Source: Zygophlyctis sp. KS116 (Eukaryota; Fungi; Chytridiomycota). From it: a stretch of 23,854 bases of DNA. The stretch covers positions 1 to 23,854 of the forward strand of contig BAAFSQ010000152.1 in the NCBI GenBank assembly GCA_054661495.1, written 5' to 3'. Shown one piece after another: positions 10,576 to 20,500 of this stretch (position 1 is its first letter; the number at the start of each line of letters is the position of its first letter). A program made the position numbers and the translations under genes. The notes below the pieces were generated by a model that worked only from the letters and a program-made list of their open reading frames with translations, was not told the origin of the DNA and did no database searches.

Positions 10576-11232
10576 TCAAACATCCTTTTTACTACTACGA
10601 GATCCAAATCCATTCTTAATTCCATTTAAAACTATCCATGGAAGTTGAAAGAGTAAAACATTCTTTACATTTGGTTTCTTTAATTCTCTCTTCTGCACTT
10701 GTCCGATATTTTTCTTTAATTTTGTAGAATTTTGACTAGACTCTTCCTTTTCAATATATACTCCTAACCAATATATTCCCCATGCAGACCAATATTGAAC
10801 AGTGGAAATAAAAAGTATAATAATAACAATTACAGATCCTATTCCAGGTCTATATTTCTTATAATAATAACCACTTCCTCTCCAAACAGGAAATCCTGTG
10901 AGTAAATGAGCATCATATTTTGATTTAGACTCTGAATCTTTAAGTATTTTTGCAATTGAAGTTAATAATTTTGAAACTTGTTCAATTTCAGGTCCAGAAG
11001 CCTTATCAGGATGATATTTAAGAGAAATTTTTCTATAAGCAGAAGATATAGTCTTCAAGTCTGCTAAAGAATCAATTTCTAAAAAATCATAAAAAGTAGT
11101 TCCTTCTCCTCTTAATTTAGCTAGAGAATCATTTAAATCAAAAATTTCAAAGTCTACATCATCCCAGTCTTTACTAGCCTGAGAGTTTATGCCAGAAAGG
11201 GCTAAAATTACTAGCAAAATAGAGAAAAACAT
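10576..11232 (-). CDS. ERJ5: ER membrane J-domain protein (Erj5/DNAJC1-like), 218 aa
   Basis: Hydrophobic signal peptide, J-domain (FYDFL...AYRKISLKYHPDK), GFPVWRGSGYYYKKYRPG followed by a transmembrane helix. Confidence 0.85.
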   Translation of the reverse strand: MFFSILLVILALSGINSQASKDWDDVDFEIFDLNDSLAKLRGEGTTFYDFLEIDSLADLKTISSAYRKISLKYHPDKASGPEIEQVSKLLTSIAKILKDSESKSKYDAHLLTGFPVWRGSGYYYKKYRPGIGSVIVIIILFISTVQYWSAWGIYWLGVYIEKEESSQNSTKLKKNIGQVQKRELKKPNVKNVLLFQLPWIVLNGIKNGFGSRSSKKDV

Positions 11233-11766
11233 TTCTCAAATTTCGAAATTTGTTTTATTTAGGGTTTTACATTTTGGATTTAGGTTTGGCAGTGGAGAGT
11301 GTGCGTAGAGTGGATCTAGTGTCAAGTGTAGGAGAGAGTTGACTCAAACATACTGATAGAATCATTGATTGTTCATTGAGTGAGTATAACAATAATTGTT
11401 TTTTTTTATTTTTAGTGATACAATAATTATTTGTTTTTTTACAATTTTTGACAATTTATTTTTCTGTTATTTCGGATTTTAAATTTCTATCCTTCGTGTT
11501 TCGAAAGATAGGTAAGGCTACTAACTATAGGTGCATGAACACGGTTAAAGAAAAAAAAGGAATAGTTTCCAATATTTGCCCTCTTTGCAGCCACCAAGCG
11601 GCCAGCAACGTTTGCCTGATGTGCCACATATGGACTCAACACGTCAAACGTGATTTCGAAAAATAGTTGACACAGCATAAAAATCAAGGGATATTGTAGG
11701 AGATGAGCCCAGAGGGAATTTGTATCTTCCATCCACTCTTGTTTCAAATCAGACAGTGCAGTGAAG

Positions 11767-12077
11767 TGACAAAGTTATATTCTCAATAGTAAATTTTACT
11801 CTGGATTAACTCCGGATGGCTTTCTGAAATTATCCCAAAAAACTCCTTTATTTTTAACCTCACCGGTCTTTATACCCATAAAATTTATAATCAGTTGCTA
11901 GTCAGATGATGAAGCAATTCTTCATCATGACCCCTATTTTGATCCTTAAATATCCAAATTTGATACTTGCTTGATCAGTTAAACTGTTATTGTCTTGAGT
12001 CATTAAACTGGTGAGATTTAGTGAGTAAGTGATATGTAAGATTAACATATAGGACGTATAAGTAATTTACTCCAACA
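11767..12077 (-). repeat. copia 3' LTR
   Basis: Identical by eye to 16924-17234. Contains the inverted repeat ATGATGAAG-N5-CTTCATCAT (11906-11928). Confidence 0.97.
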
Positions 12078-12090
12078 CTCCTCCTATCTT
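12078..12090 (-). promoter_or_regulatory. copia polypurine tract
   Basis: Minus strand AAGATAGGAGGAG directly abuts the 3' LTR. Confidence 0.85.
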
Positions 12091-12102
12091 ACATGTCTCT
12101 TG

Positions 12103-12136
12103 GTCATCATATTACGTATTGCGTCATCATATTACG
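12103..12136. repeat. 14-bp direct repeat GTCATCATATTACG x2 in the copia 3' untranslated region
   Basis: Copies at 12103-12116 and 12123-12136. Confidence 0.85.
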
Positions 12137-12273
12137 CGTTTATATTCCTAAATTCCGATATTATTCTAAATCCATACTGATTGCATTGACTGAGATTGAA
12201 TGAAAATTTTCATTATGAGTTTGATATCTAATTGATACTACAATCATTGAGAAATATGATGTCATGGTTCTCT

Positions 12274-15200
12274 TTATATTTTTGTCTCATCTGGCCAATA
12301 TTTGATACCCATTAATTCTTTAAATTTGATAAATTGATCTTTTGCAAGTGGTTTAGTCATAATATCTGCTATTTGCTCTTTTGTATTGATATATAACAGT
12401 TGTACTTTCTTCTCTTGCACAGTTTCACGTATATAGTGATATCTTAATTCAATGTGTTTGATTCTAGTATGATTTTTGGTAGACACTGCCAAATATAGAG
12501 CTCCTTGATTATAACACATCAGTGGAGTGGGTAAGTTATTTGCATATCCTAACTCTCCTAGAAGTTGTCTATAGTAGATAATCTCTTGGATTGCACTAGT
12601 CAGTGCCTGATACTCTGCTTGCGTACTGGATAGCGATACTGATCGTTGAGGGTGTGAGTGTGCACTTATTAATGTGCCATTATAGAATAATACTCCTCCT
12701 GATCTAGAGCGTCGAGTTTCAGTACAATCGGCCCAAGTAGCATCTGAATAACATTTTATTCCTTCATTATTTACTGGTCCAATACGTAATGATTCAAATC
12801 TAGTGTTGTAAAGATACATTAACACTCGTTTGGCAGCATTACAATGTAACTTACTAGGTGCTGTAACATACTGACTAAGATAGTTGACAGCAAACATAAT
12901 ATCTGGTCTGGTTTGTCGTGCAATAAAGAGTAGAGAGCCAATGATTCCTCGATAAGGTGTACTTTTATCTAGTGTTTGATCATTATTTGATTCTTGACTG
13001 ACGAAATTTGTGATCATTGGTGTATCATATTTCTTCTCTAAGCTAACCTCAAATTTTCTTGCCATCTCTTCAATGTACCCAGATTGATCAATATATATGC
13101 AATTCTGCGTTATTTTAATATTGAGCTTCAAGTATTTGATATTACTTTCCTGTACTGTCATCTTATATTTTTGTCTTAATTTCCCTATTATTTCTTCCAA
13201 TGCATGGTCATCAGAAGCAGAGAGTATTCCGTCATCGACGTGAAACACTATAAAAGATTTGTCCTTATAAAATAAATTCCAGTCGGATTTTGTCCTGGAA
13301 TAACCCATTTCTTTGAGAGTAGCCCATAATTCATCATTCCACAATTTAGGAGCATCAGTTGTGCCATAGAGTGCACGATTCAACTTAAATACATGGGTGG
13401 ATCGCTTTCCCGCATTCGGGTGGTCCGCTGGGATCTCTAAATAAACGAGTCTTGGCATCTTCGCGTTGATAAATGCATTGCCAATATCTATAAAAACAAA
13501 TTTCCATTTAAGAGACAAAATCATGCATAAGACAAGTCTCAGATTTTCAGTTCGGATGACACTGGCAAAAGTGTCTTCCAGTTGAAGATTATTCTTCTCC
13601 AGATCACCACGGAAACACAGCCTGGCCTTATATAATAGTGGAGCGGGCTTTCGTGTGAAAGTAATAGTTGTGGTATTAATTTTCTGATCAATAACATCAC
13701 TTCTTGGTATTAGATTAAAAGCATTAAGATCATCTAATTGTCTATATTCTCTTTGAAGTGCTTCCATCCATCCTTTCGACTCTGAATGTTTTCGTGCTTG
13801 CTTATAATTATTCGGCACATCATCCAAATAGTTTATACTTTCTAGTATATTTATTTTCTCATCAACATAATTAATATTGAGAGCATTGACATTGTCTTGA
13901 TTATTTGAGGATCTTGTTCTCCGGGGTGCATCAACATTTATTGGTAGTTGTTGCCAAAAGTTCCCATTTAGTCCACTACGCAGACTACTATTATTTATTG
14001 TATTGCTGAGCGTTAGTTGCTCGATAGATTGACTAGATTCAGATAATTCACTTGATTGTACTGGTTCTGAGCTTTCTGGTGATCTAAAAGGCATAATCAG
14101 ACGTAATCTGGGAATTCTAGAAGCTGGTACATCATCTTGAATTACAGATCTTTGCTCTTCTGTGCTTCCTTGAATTCTAGATGAACCACGACCACCTCTT
14201 CCTCTTACAGAACTACTTCTTGGAGTGCTTTGGGCGACAGCGCTATCAGCCATTTGAACTAAACCACTATTGGAGTTTATCACAGGCACAGGTAGTCCAG
14301 AATTTAAATTCTGCGTCTCAGATGCATCAGAATAGACTCTTCTATCTGATTCCACATTATCATTATTAGCTTGATTATCTGGATTATATGATTGTACATT
14401 ATTCTCATCAGATTGATTAAGTGCTTGTACATTTTCATTATTTGTTTGATTACTCTCTCGATTATGTGCCATTGCATATTGGAGAATATTAAAATCTTGT
14501 CGTCCTATCATTTGATCAGCCGGTATGTCAAACGTTACTTGTCTCTTGCTTTCCTCCTGAACATGTTTTGATACTTCAACTACTTTATCTTTTAGTTCTT
14601 TGTAATCAAAAATATTTTCATTAAAATCCACATGTCTAGATAAAATGAATTTTTTCTGAGAGAAAATCACATAAGAATTACTATTATCAGAGTATCCAAC
14701 AAATCTCCCTACTTTAGCATTCTTATCAAAAGTTTTCCTGTATTGTTTGTGTTTATAAAGATAACATATGCATCCAAAGACTCTGAAGTAGTCAACTCTA
14801 GGCTGACGTTTGAATATCAATTCAAAAGGTGTCTTTGTCTGATTATTTGCATTTAGCGTCCTGTTATATATGTAATTTGCAGTGTGTACTGCCCTGAACC
14901 AGAAGCCAGGTGATACATTTGAATGTTGTATCATTGATCTTGCCATCTGATTGATAACTCTGATTCTAGCTTCTGCTGTGCCATTTGATGATTGAGAATC
15001 TGCTGAAGTATATTGTTGTCTAATTCCAATTTTCTTTAAATGATCAGCAAAGGTTCCATAAATGATCTCTTTTGCTTGGTCAGATCTGACACATTTGATC
15101 TTTGAATTGGTTTGTGTCTCAATCCATAATTGAAATTCAATAAACTTTGATAAAGATTCATCCTTCTTTTTTAGTCCAAATACTTGTCCAAAATGAGAAT

Positions 15201-16902
15201 ACACATCAATAAACACAATATATCCAGTAAAACCTTCTATTGATTGCTGTGATAAAGGTCCCTTATAATCCATAACAACCATTCCTAAAAGTTCATAAGG
15301 TTGTCTTTGATAAGGTATAAGATGTGTCTTATATTTAGACTTGTATATTCTCTCATTTGATATATGTCCAAATCTGTGGTGTATCAATTTTGAGTCTTTT
15401 AGTCCACCTCTATATGTATAAAGAATTTTATCAAATCTTCCAGCGTCAATATCAATAGTATAAAGGTAATTGGATTGTAATTTGGCAGTAAAAATATAAT
15501 TCCCATTAAGATAGGCATCTTTTCCATTTTGAGTAGATTTAAATTCAATTCCACCAACTTGTTGTAAATATCCCTCTGAAATAATATTGAGTCTCGAAGA
15601 AGGGCAATATATAGCTCTTTTAAGATTCAGAGTCAAGAGATTTTGGTCTGGTCCGATGATCCTCAATGTGACTGGACCTTCACCTAAAGTGTCACCTTCT
15701 CCTTGATCAGAGTCTTTATTGTATGTCCCAAGTGATTGTGGTTCGGGATAAGGCTTGAATAAAGTCATATCAAAATAATCCAACTTTCTGAAAATACTTA
15801 TTGTACTTCCACTGTCCAAAATAGTGTAATCTTCTTCTTCATTCAGATTGAATGAATCAGATTGATCAAAATTTAAATTATCTTCATTCAGATTGAATGA
15901 CTCAAACTCATTCAGATTGAATGATTCAAATTCATTCAGATTGAATGAACCATAATAACAATCATATGATGTAATATTATTCCCTTTTACCGGTAGGTCC
16001 GGTGGATAAGGATATTCATCCTCCTCCATACTAAATTCAACTAATTGTTGACCTTCTCTGACGCAATGATTTGAATCTTTAGCATCTTTAATACCATTAT
16101 CTCGAATATCTTGACTTGTCGTCTTCTTCTTAAAAATAATGTCCCAATGAGGTAGCTTGATTCCATTTCGTCTCGGCGATGAGCACTTCAATGTCTTGTG
16201 CCCAAAGCCTCCACAATTATAGCAGACAAGGTTCATATTGAATTCTTTTTGCCCTTCATCTGTCTTTTCAATCTTCTTCTCCTTTGTGAACATTACATGT
16301 TCATTCATTTCAATCTTTCTTGATTTAAGAAAGTTTTCATAATTTTTTAATTCATTCAATAAATCCTTGAATGAAACATCATACTTTTCTTTTGAGATAA
16401 TTGGTCCAACAACAGGGTCTAAATTTGTGTTTAACTTGTTCACGAAAATAGCCAGCTGCTCTGGTTCTGAGAGTACACCCCCAGCATCTCTATATTTTGA
16501 ATGAGATGAATTCCATCTATTAAAATACTCTATAATAGTTTCATTTGATTTTTGACTAATAGATTCAAGTTCAGCTTTCATCAATTTCATTGCCGAAATA
16601 CTGTTGTCCAACACCTTGTCTTTAATTGTTTTCAAATTTTCGGACGAAGTGATAGTCCACTGAAACAAGACCTTGTAATCATCTGACAACGAATCATATA
16701 TGATAGATTTCGCTATGTCATCTTTTCGATTCCATTCAGATATTCTCTTCTTGAAATCCTCTTCTTTTTCTCCTTCATTAGCTGCTTCAGGCTTAGGTTC
16801 ACCTGCCAAGACCACATCCTTGACCTGGAATCGATAAAAGGCAGATGTCATATCTTGTATCCATCTATGGCCATTGTGATTATTCAAAATTGTCACATTC
16901 AT
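12274..16902 (-). CDS. copia Gag-Pol polyprotein, 1542 aa
   Basis: Zinc knuckle CYNCGGFGHKTLKC; protease ILDSGST; integrase MDYKGP, VRSDQAKE, SNGTAE; RT YKARL, IDIGNAF, ALYG, HVDD; RNase H YSDATW, SSTQAEY, IADIMTK. Confidence 0.95.
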   Translation of the reverse strand: MNVTILNNHNGHRWIQDMTSAFYRFQVKDVVLAGEPKPEAANEGEKEEDFKKRISEWNRKDDIAKSIIYDSLSDDYKVLFQWTITSSENLKTIKDKVLDNSISAMKLMKAELESISQKSNETIIEYFNRWNSSHSKYRDAGGVLSEPEQLAIFVNKLNTNLDPVVGPIISKEKYDVSFKDLLNELKNYENFLKSRKIEMNEHVMFTKEKKIEKTDEGQKEFNMNLVCYNCGGFGHKTLKCSSPRRNGIKLPHWDIIFKKKTTSQDIRDNGIKDAKDSNHCVREGQQLVEFSMEEDEYPYPPDLPVKGNNITSYDCYYGSFNLNEFESFNLNEFESFNLNEDNLNFDQSDSFNLNEEEDYTILDSGSTISIFRKLDYFDMTLFKPYPEPQSLGTYNKDSDQGEGDTLGEGPVTLRIIGPDQNLLTLNLKRAIYCPSSRLNIISEGYLQQVGGIEFKSTQNGKDAYLNGNYIFTAKLQSNYLYTIDIDAGRFDKILYTYRGGLKDSKLIHHRFGHISNERIYKSKYKTHLIPYQRQPYELLGMVVMDYKGPLSQQSIEGFTGYIVFIDVYSHFGQVFGLKKKDESLSKFIEFQLWIETQTNSKIKCVRSDQAKEIIYGTFADHLKKIGIRQQYTSADSQSSNGTAEARIRVINQMARSMIQHSNVSPGFWFRAVHTANYIYNRTLNANNQTKTPFELIFKRQPRVDYFRVFGCICYLYKHKQYRKTFDKNAKVGRFVGYSDNSNSYVIFSQKKFILSRHVDFNENIFDYKELKDKVVEVSKHVQEESKRQVTFDIPADQMIGRQDFNILQYAMAHNRESNQTNNENVQALNQSDENNVQSYNPDNQANNDNVESDRRVYSDASETQNLNSGLPVPVINSNSGLVQMADSAVAQSTPRSSSVRGRGGRGSSRIQGSTEEQRSVIQDDVPASRIPRLRLIMPFRSPESSEPVQSSELSESSQSIEQLTLSNTINNSSLRSGLNGNFWQQLPINVDAPRRTRSSNNQDNVNALNINYVDEKINILESINYLDDVPNNYKQARKHSESKGWMEALQREYRQLDDLNAFNLIPRSDVIDQKINTTTITFTRKPAPLLYKARLCFRGDLEKNNLQLEDTFASVIRTENLRLVLCMILSLKWKFVFIDIGNAFINAKMPRLVYLEIPADHPNAGKRSTHVFKLNRALYGTTDAPKLWNDELWATLKEMGYSRTKSDWNLFYKDKSFIVFHVDDGILSASDDHALEEIIGKLRQKYKMTVQESNIKYLKLNIKITQNCIYIDQSGYIEEMARKFEVSLEKKYDTPMITNFVSQESNNDQTLDKSTPYRGIIGSLLFIARQTRPDIMFAVNYLSQYVTAPSKLHCNAAKRVLMYLYNTRFESLRIGPVNNEGIKCYSDATWADCTETRRSRSGGVLFYNGTLISAHSHPQRSVSLSSTQAEYQALTSAIQEIIYYRQLLGELGYANNLPTPLMCYNQGALYLAVSTKNHTRIKHIELRYHYIRETVQEKKVQLLYINTKEQIADIMTKPLAKDQFIKFKELMGIKYWPDETKI
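15838..15948. repeat. Four copies of the palindromic unit TCATTCA-GAT-TGAATGA, encoding SFNLNE repeats
   Basis: Read directly from the sequence; lies between the zinc knuckle and the protease active site. Confidence 0.9.
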
Positions 16903-16909
16903 CTTTTAT

Positions 16910-16923
16910 TTCGACTGTTAATC
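16910..16923 (-). promoter_or_regulatory. copia primer-binding site complementary to the tRNA-Asn(GTT) anticodon arm
   Basis: Minus strand GATTAACAGTCGAA is flush with the 5' LTR. Its complement contains CGACTGTTAATC, the anticodon stem-loop of fungal tRNA-Asn as I recall it. Confidence 0.75.
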
Positions 16924-17234
16924 TGACAAAGTTATATTCTCAATAGTAAATTTTACTCTGGATTAACTCCGGATGGCTTTCTGAAATTATCCCAAAAAAC
17001 TCCTTTATTTTTAACCTCACCGGTCTTTATACCCATAAAATTTATAATCAGTTGCTAGTCAGATGATGAAGCAATTCTTCATCATGACCCCTATTTTGAT
17101 CCTTAAATATCCAAATTTGATACTTGCTTGATCAGTTAAACTGTTATTGTCTTGAGTCATTAAACTGGTGAGATTTAGTGAGTAAGTGATATGTAAGATT
17201 AACATATAGGACGTATAAGTAATTTACTCCAACA
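16924..17234 (-). repeat. copia 5' LTR
   Basis: Identical by eye to 11767-12077. Confidence 0.97.
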
Positions 17235-17282
17235 TGAAGTTTCTACAACTGATTATAGCTGATGACGCGTAATTTTGCTATG

Positions 17283-17541
17283 TGTTGTAACAACACCTAA
17301 ACCTAAAATTCCTAAGACTAAACCTTATTCTACAACTTAGAGGATTCGTCGTCCGAAATCAAACAACTGAACGATAAGAGCAATCTTTTCCTGTTAAATG
17401 AGCACAGGTTTTTACAGATACTCTTCTTCTCTTTCGAGAACATTCTAGAAGCTGCCGCAGCCTATTCTTAAACATGGCCGCAGCCTATTTGCATCACAAC
17501 AATAAAATTTTTAGTCTCATTGACCTGCTCTTATCAAAACA
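17283..17541 (+). repeat. gypsy 5' LTR
   Basis: TGTTGTAAC...CAAAACA; AATAAA at 17501-17506; internal direct repeat GCCGCAGCCTATT x2. Confidence 0.95.
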
Positions 17542-17550
17542 TTTTTTTCA

Positions 17551-20500
17551 ATGAATTCTGAAACCATCGATCATCTTACCCAATCTACTTCCTCTGCTGA
17601 AGCCCCAATTGCTGGTATGCAAACCAGATCTATGTCTACTCTTGCTCAACCTAGTCCTACTCCTCTTGCTGCTGCTTAACCTACTGTAGCCACTCAACCT
17701 CATGCATCCACTGCAGAAGTGATCCTTAATGATCATATCATTGAACTTGGAATGGATCTTGCTCAAGCGGTGATACATCAAAATAGCTCTCTGGTAGACT
17801 TTATTTTGGTGCAAATCACTACTGCTAGAAATGCCCTCCTAGCTCTCAATGGAGTTTCACCTCCACCTCCTGCTGCCCCTTCTCCCGCATCAAATGCAAC
17901 TTATGCTTCTGCTACTGCCTTCTCCATAGAGAAGAAAATTCTGTCCTGAATGGACAAGCTACCCCTCTGGAAAACAGGCCATGACCCCCTCCTCTTCTTG
18001 AATGATTTCTCGGACACTTTGGCTTCTCTATTGATTTAGCAGATAAACACTTACGAAAACGTCTTTTCAAGTATGCCTTCAAAAAGGATCCTTCTCTCCG
18101 AGCTGGAGTGAATCACCTGCTTGAAACTTCGGATACTTGGGCTGATCTCTCCAGATCATTTATCCAGGATCGGTTAGGCGTGCATTGGAGATCCGCATTA
18201 AGAAACAAGATCCACCAGCTGAACCCAAACAGGAACGAGACACTTACCGATTTTTGCGATCGCTTCCATCTACTGGTTACTTATACTGGTGACCCACCTG
18301 ATCAATATGCAGCTTCATTAGAAGCAAAACTACCTCGTTATGTGCTGAATGCACTTCCTCTCGCCCGCCGCACTGAGTCGATTGACACTCTTTCCCAAGT
18401 AATGGCATTTACCAAGAGCTTGGACCGGCACGACAACCACCAAGATGAACGCAAATCTACTGATAACAGTCGAAAATACACCGAGCCTAAGGCTCTACCT
18501 CCCGTTGGAAACAAGCCGACAGACCGCTGCACGACACATCCAGAAGCCAAACACACCAACCAACAATGCCGTAATCCTAAGTCCCAGTCAGGAGAAACAA
18601 AGAATCGACCAGGAGACACCAAAAAGACTTGCTACAAGTGTAATGCCCCATGGTCTCGGGAACACTCTTGTGCCACCAAGCCAGGTAAATCAGTGCACTT
18701 TAGTGCAGCAACGAAAAGCGGCTCTCCCGTCATTCAGGAAGAAGAATCTCCAACTGAAACCGCTGAAGGCTTTACTTCCCCCCCAACTATTTGTTCAGTT
18801 ACATCTTGTCCGAACCCCAACGCTCTTATCAACAAAGGCGTTGTCTTGCCTGTCTGCATCGATGGCTGCCAGCCCATAGTCATACTGGACACTGGTGCCA
18901 CAGACTCTTTTGTGTCGTCTACTTATGTCAAAGCTGCAAACTTACCATTAAACTCTTCAGAACTCAGTATCACCTTGGCCAATGGTTCACAGGCGCCAAC
19001 TCTTGGTATCACTCAACTCCTGGAGATTAATGCTAACTTTCTCACCTTCAATCTTTTCTTTATTGTTATGGAACTTCCCCCAGGCATTGATTTCTTTTTC
19101 GGGCTAGACACCCTAGATAAGTTAGGCATATCAATTTCTTACCCGCTGCCAGAAGCAACACCGCCCACTAGTCCTGAAGAGAAACCGCCTTTGGCACTAC
19201 CTGATCCGCAACTCGAATCCAGACGAGAGGACCTTCTATGAAGACATACCTGTTGGTTCTTTTTGTTCACACCCCTCCGCATCTATAACATTAGATAACG
19301 GAGCTGCCTTACCTGCATTCAGACGACAGTATCCGATCCCATTCAAATTACAAGAAGTGGTTGATAATCAAGTGTCTGAGTGGCTCAGGAACAAAATAAT
19401 AACTAGCGCTCCTTCAGACTCCCCATATAACTCACCTTTACTTGTCGTTCCAAAGAAAGGGTCTGCATAGACCCCCGTGTCTTAAACGTTAACCTCAAGA
19501 ATAGTCCTACTCTCACTCCAATCATCGTCGATATATTTAATCAACTAACAAATGCTAAATATTTCAGCGTCCTAGATTATATCCACTCCTTCCATCAATG
19601 GAAGATAGCACCTAAAGATCAGTATAAAACCACATTTACCTGGAAGAATCAAAGATATATGTTTGTAGGGTCTCCTTTTGGCCTCAAACCTCTCACCGGA
19701 TTTATTCAGGACACTCAGAATCAAATCTTTAGAAATTTTCCCTTTGTCTTATGTTACGTTGATGATTTAGTTATTTTTTCTAACTCGTTAGACGAACATT
19801 ATGCGCACCTTGCTGCTGTACTTGAAGCCCTTAACAAGCTCAATTTAAAGCTAAATATTCCGAAGTGTTACTTTCTCGCCTGTGAAATCATTCTTCTTGG
19901 TCACAAAGTGTCACAGAACCAGATAAGTATTGATAAAACTAAACTAGTTAATCTAGCTACTTTACCTTCCCCAACCACTGGATCTGCGATCTCAGCATTT
20001 TTAGGCTTCACCAATTACTTTAGAAATTTCATCCCCCGATATTCTCATGTAGCCTCACATTTGGAAGGCTTACGGAATCTAAAATCATTTCAAATGGACG
20101 ATTCTCAGTTAAACGCTTTTGCAAAACTGAAGACTTTATTAACCAACGCCCCAATATTACACTTGCCAGATTTTTCTCGCCCATTCGTAATCGCTACTGA
20201 TGCCTCTCTCACTGGTATCGGCGCTGTACTCATGCAGTTGAACGATAAGAATGAGAAAAATTACATTAGCTTCCAAAATCGTGCCTTATCTCCCTCTGAA
20301 AGAAATTACTCAGCTACAAAAAGAGAACTCTTAGCAATTATCTTTGCGCTAAAAAAATTTCACTACTATATCTAAAAATAGTTTTACTCTCGTTGATCAA
20401 GATAACCTGATCACTCCGTCCCAGGCTCAACAACAAGAAATCTTACTCAACTCACATCTCTCAGGTCATTTTGGCACTTCAGCCTTAATTCAGAAGATCA

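Larger units (their letters stand above)
11767..17234 (-). mobile_element. Full-length Ty1/copia LTR retrotransposon (5468 bp)
   Basis: Two identical 311-bp LTRs (TG...CA), 5-bp TSD TGAAG at 11762-11766 and 17235-17239, and a single gag-pol ORF in the order PR-IN-RT-RH. Confidence 0.97.

Noticed and set aside
11258-11290. TTAGGGTTT telobox or telomere seed upstream of ERJ5
   Set aside because: A single copy in AT-rich DNA cannot be distinguished from chance.
11448-11747. ORFs 11448-11666 and 11487-11747 as genes
   Set aside because: Non-ATG starts and no convincing motif; they are probably part of the decayed sequence into which the LTR elements inserted.
15838-15948. CRISPR-like array of palindromic repeats
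   Set aside because: Eukaryotic context, spacers of only 7-28 nt that are partly repeated, located inside a retrotransposon ORF, and no cas genes.
17241-17250. TTCTACAACT shared between the inter-element spacer and the gypsy LTR
   Set aside because: Only a 10-nt match and not at a junction; plausibly chance.
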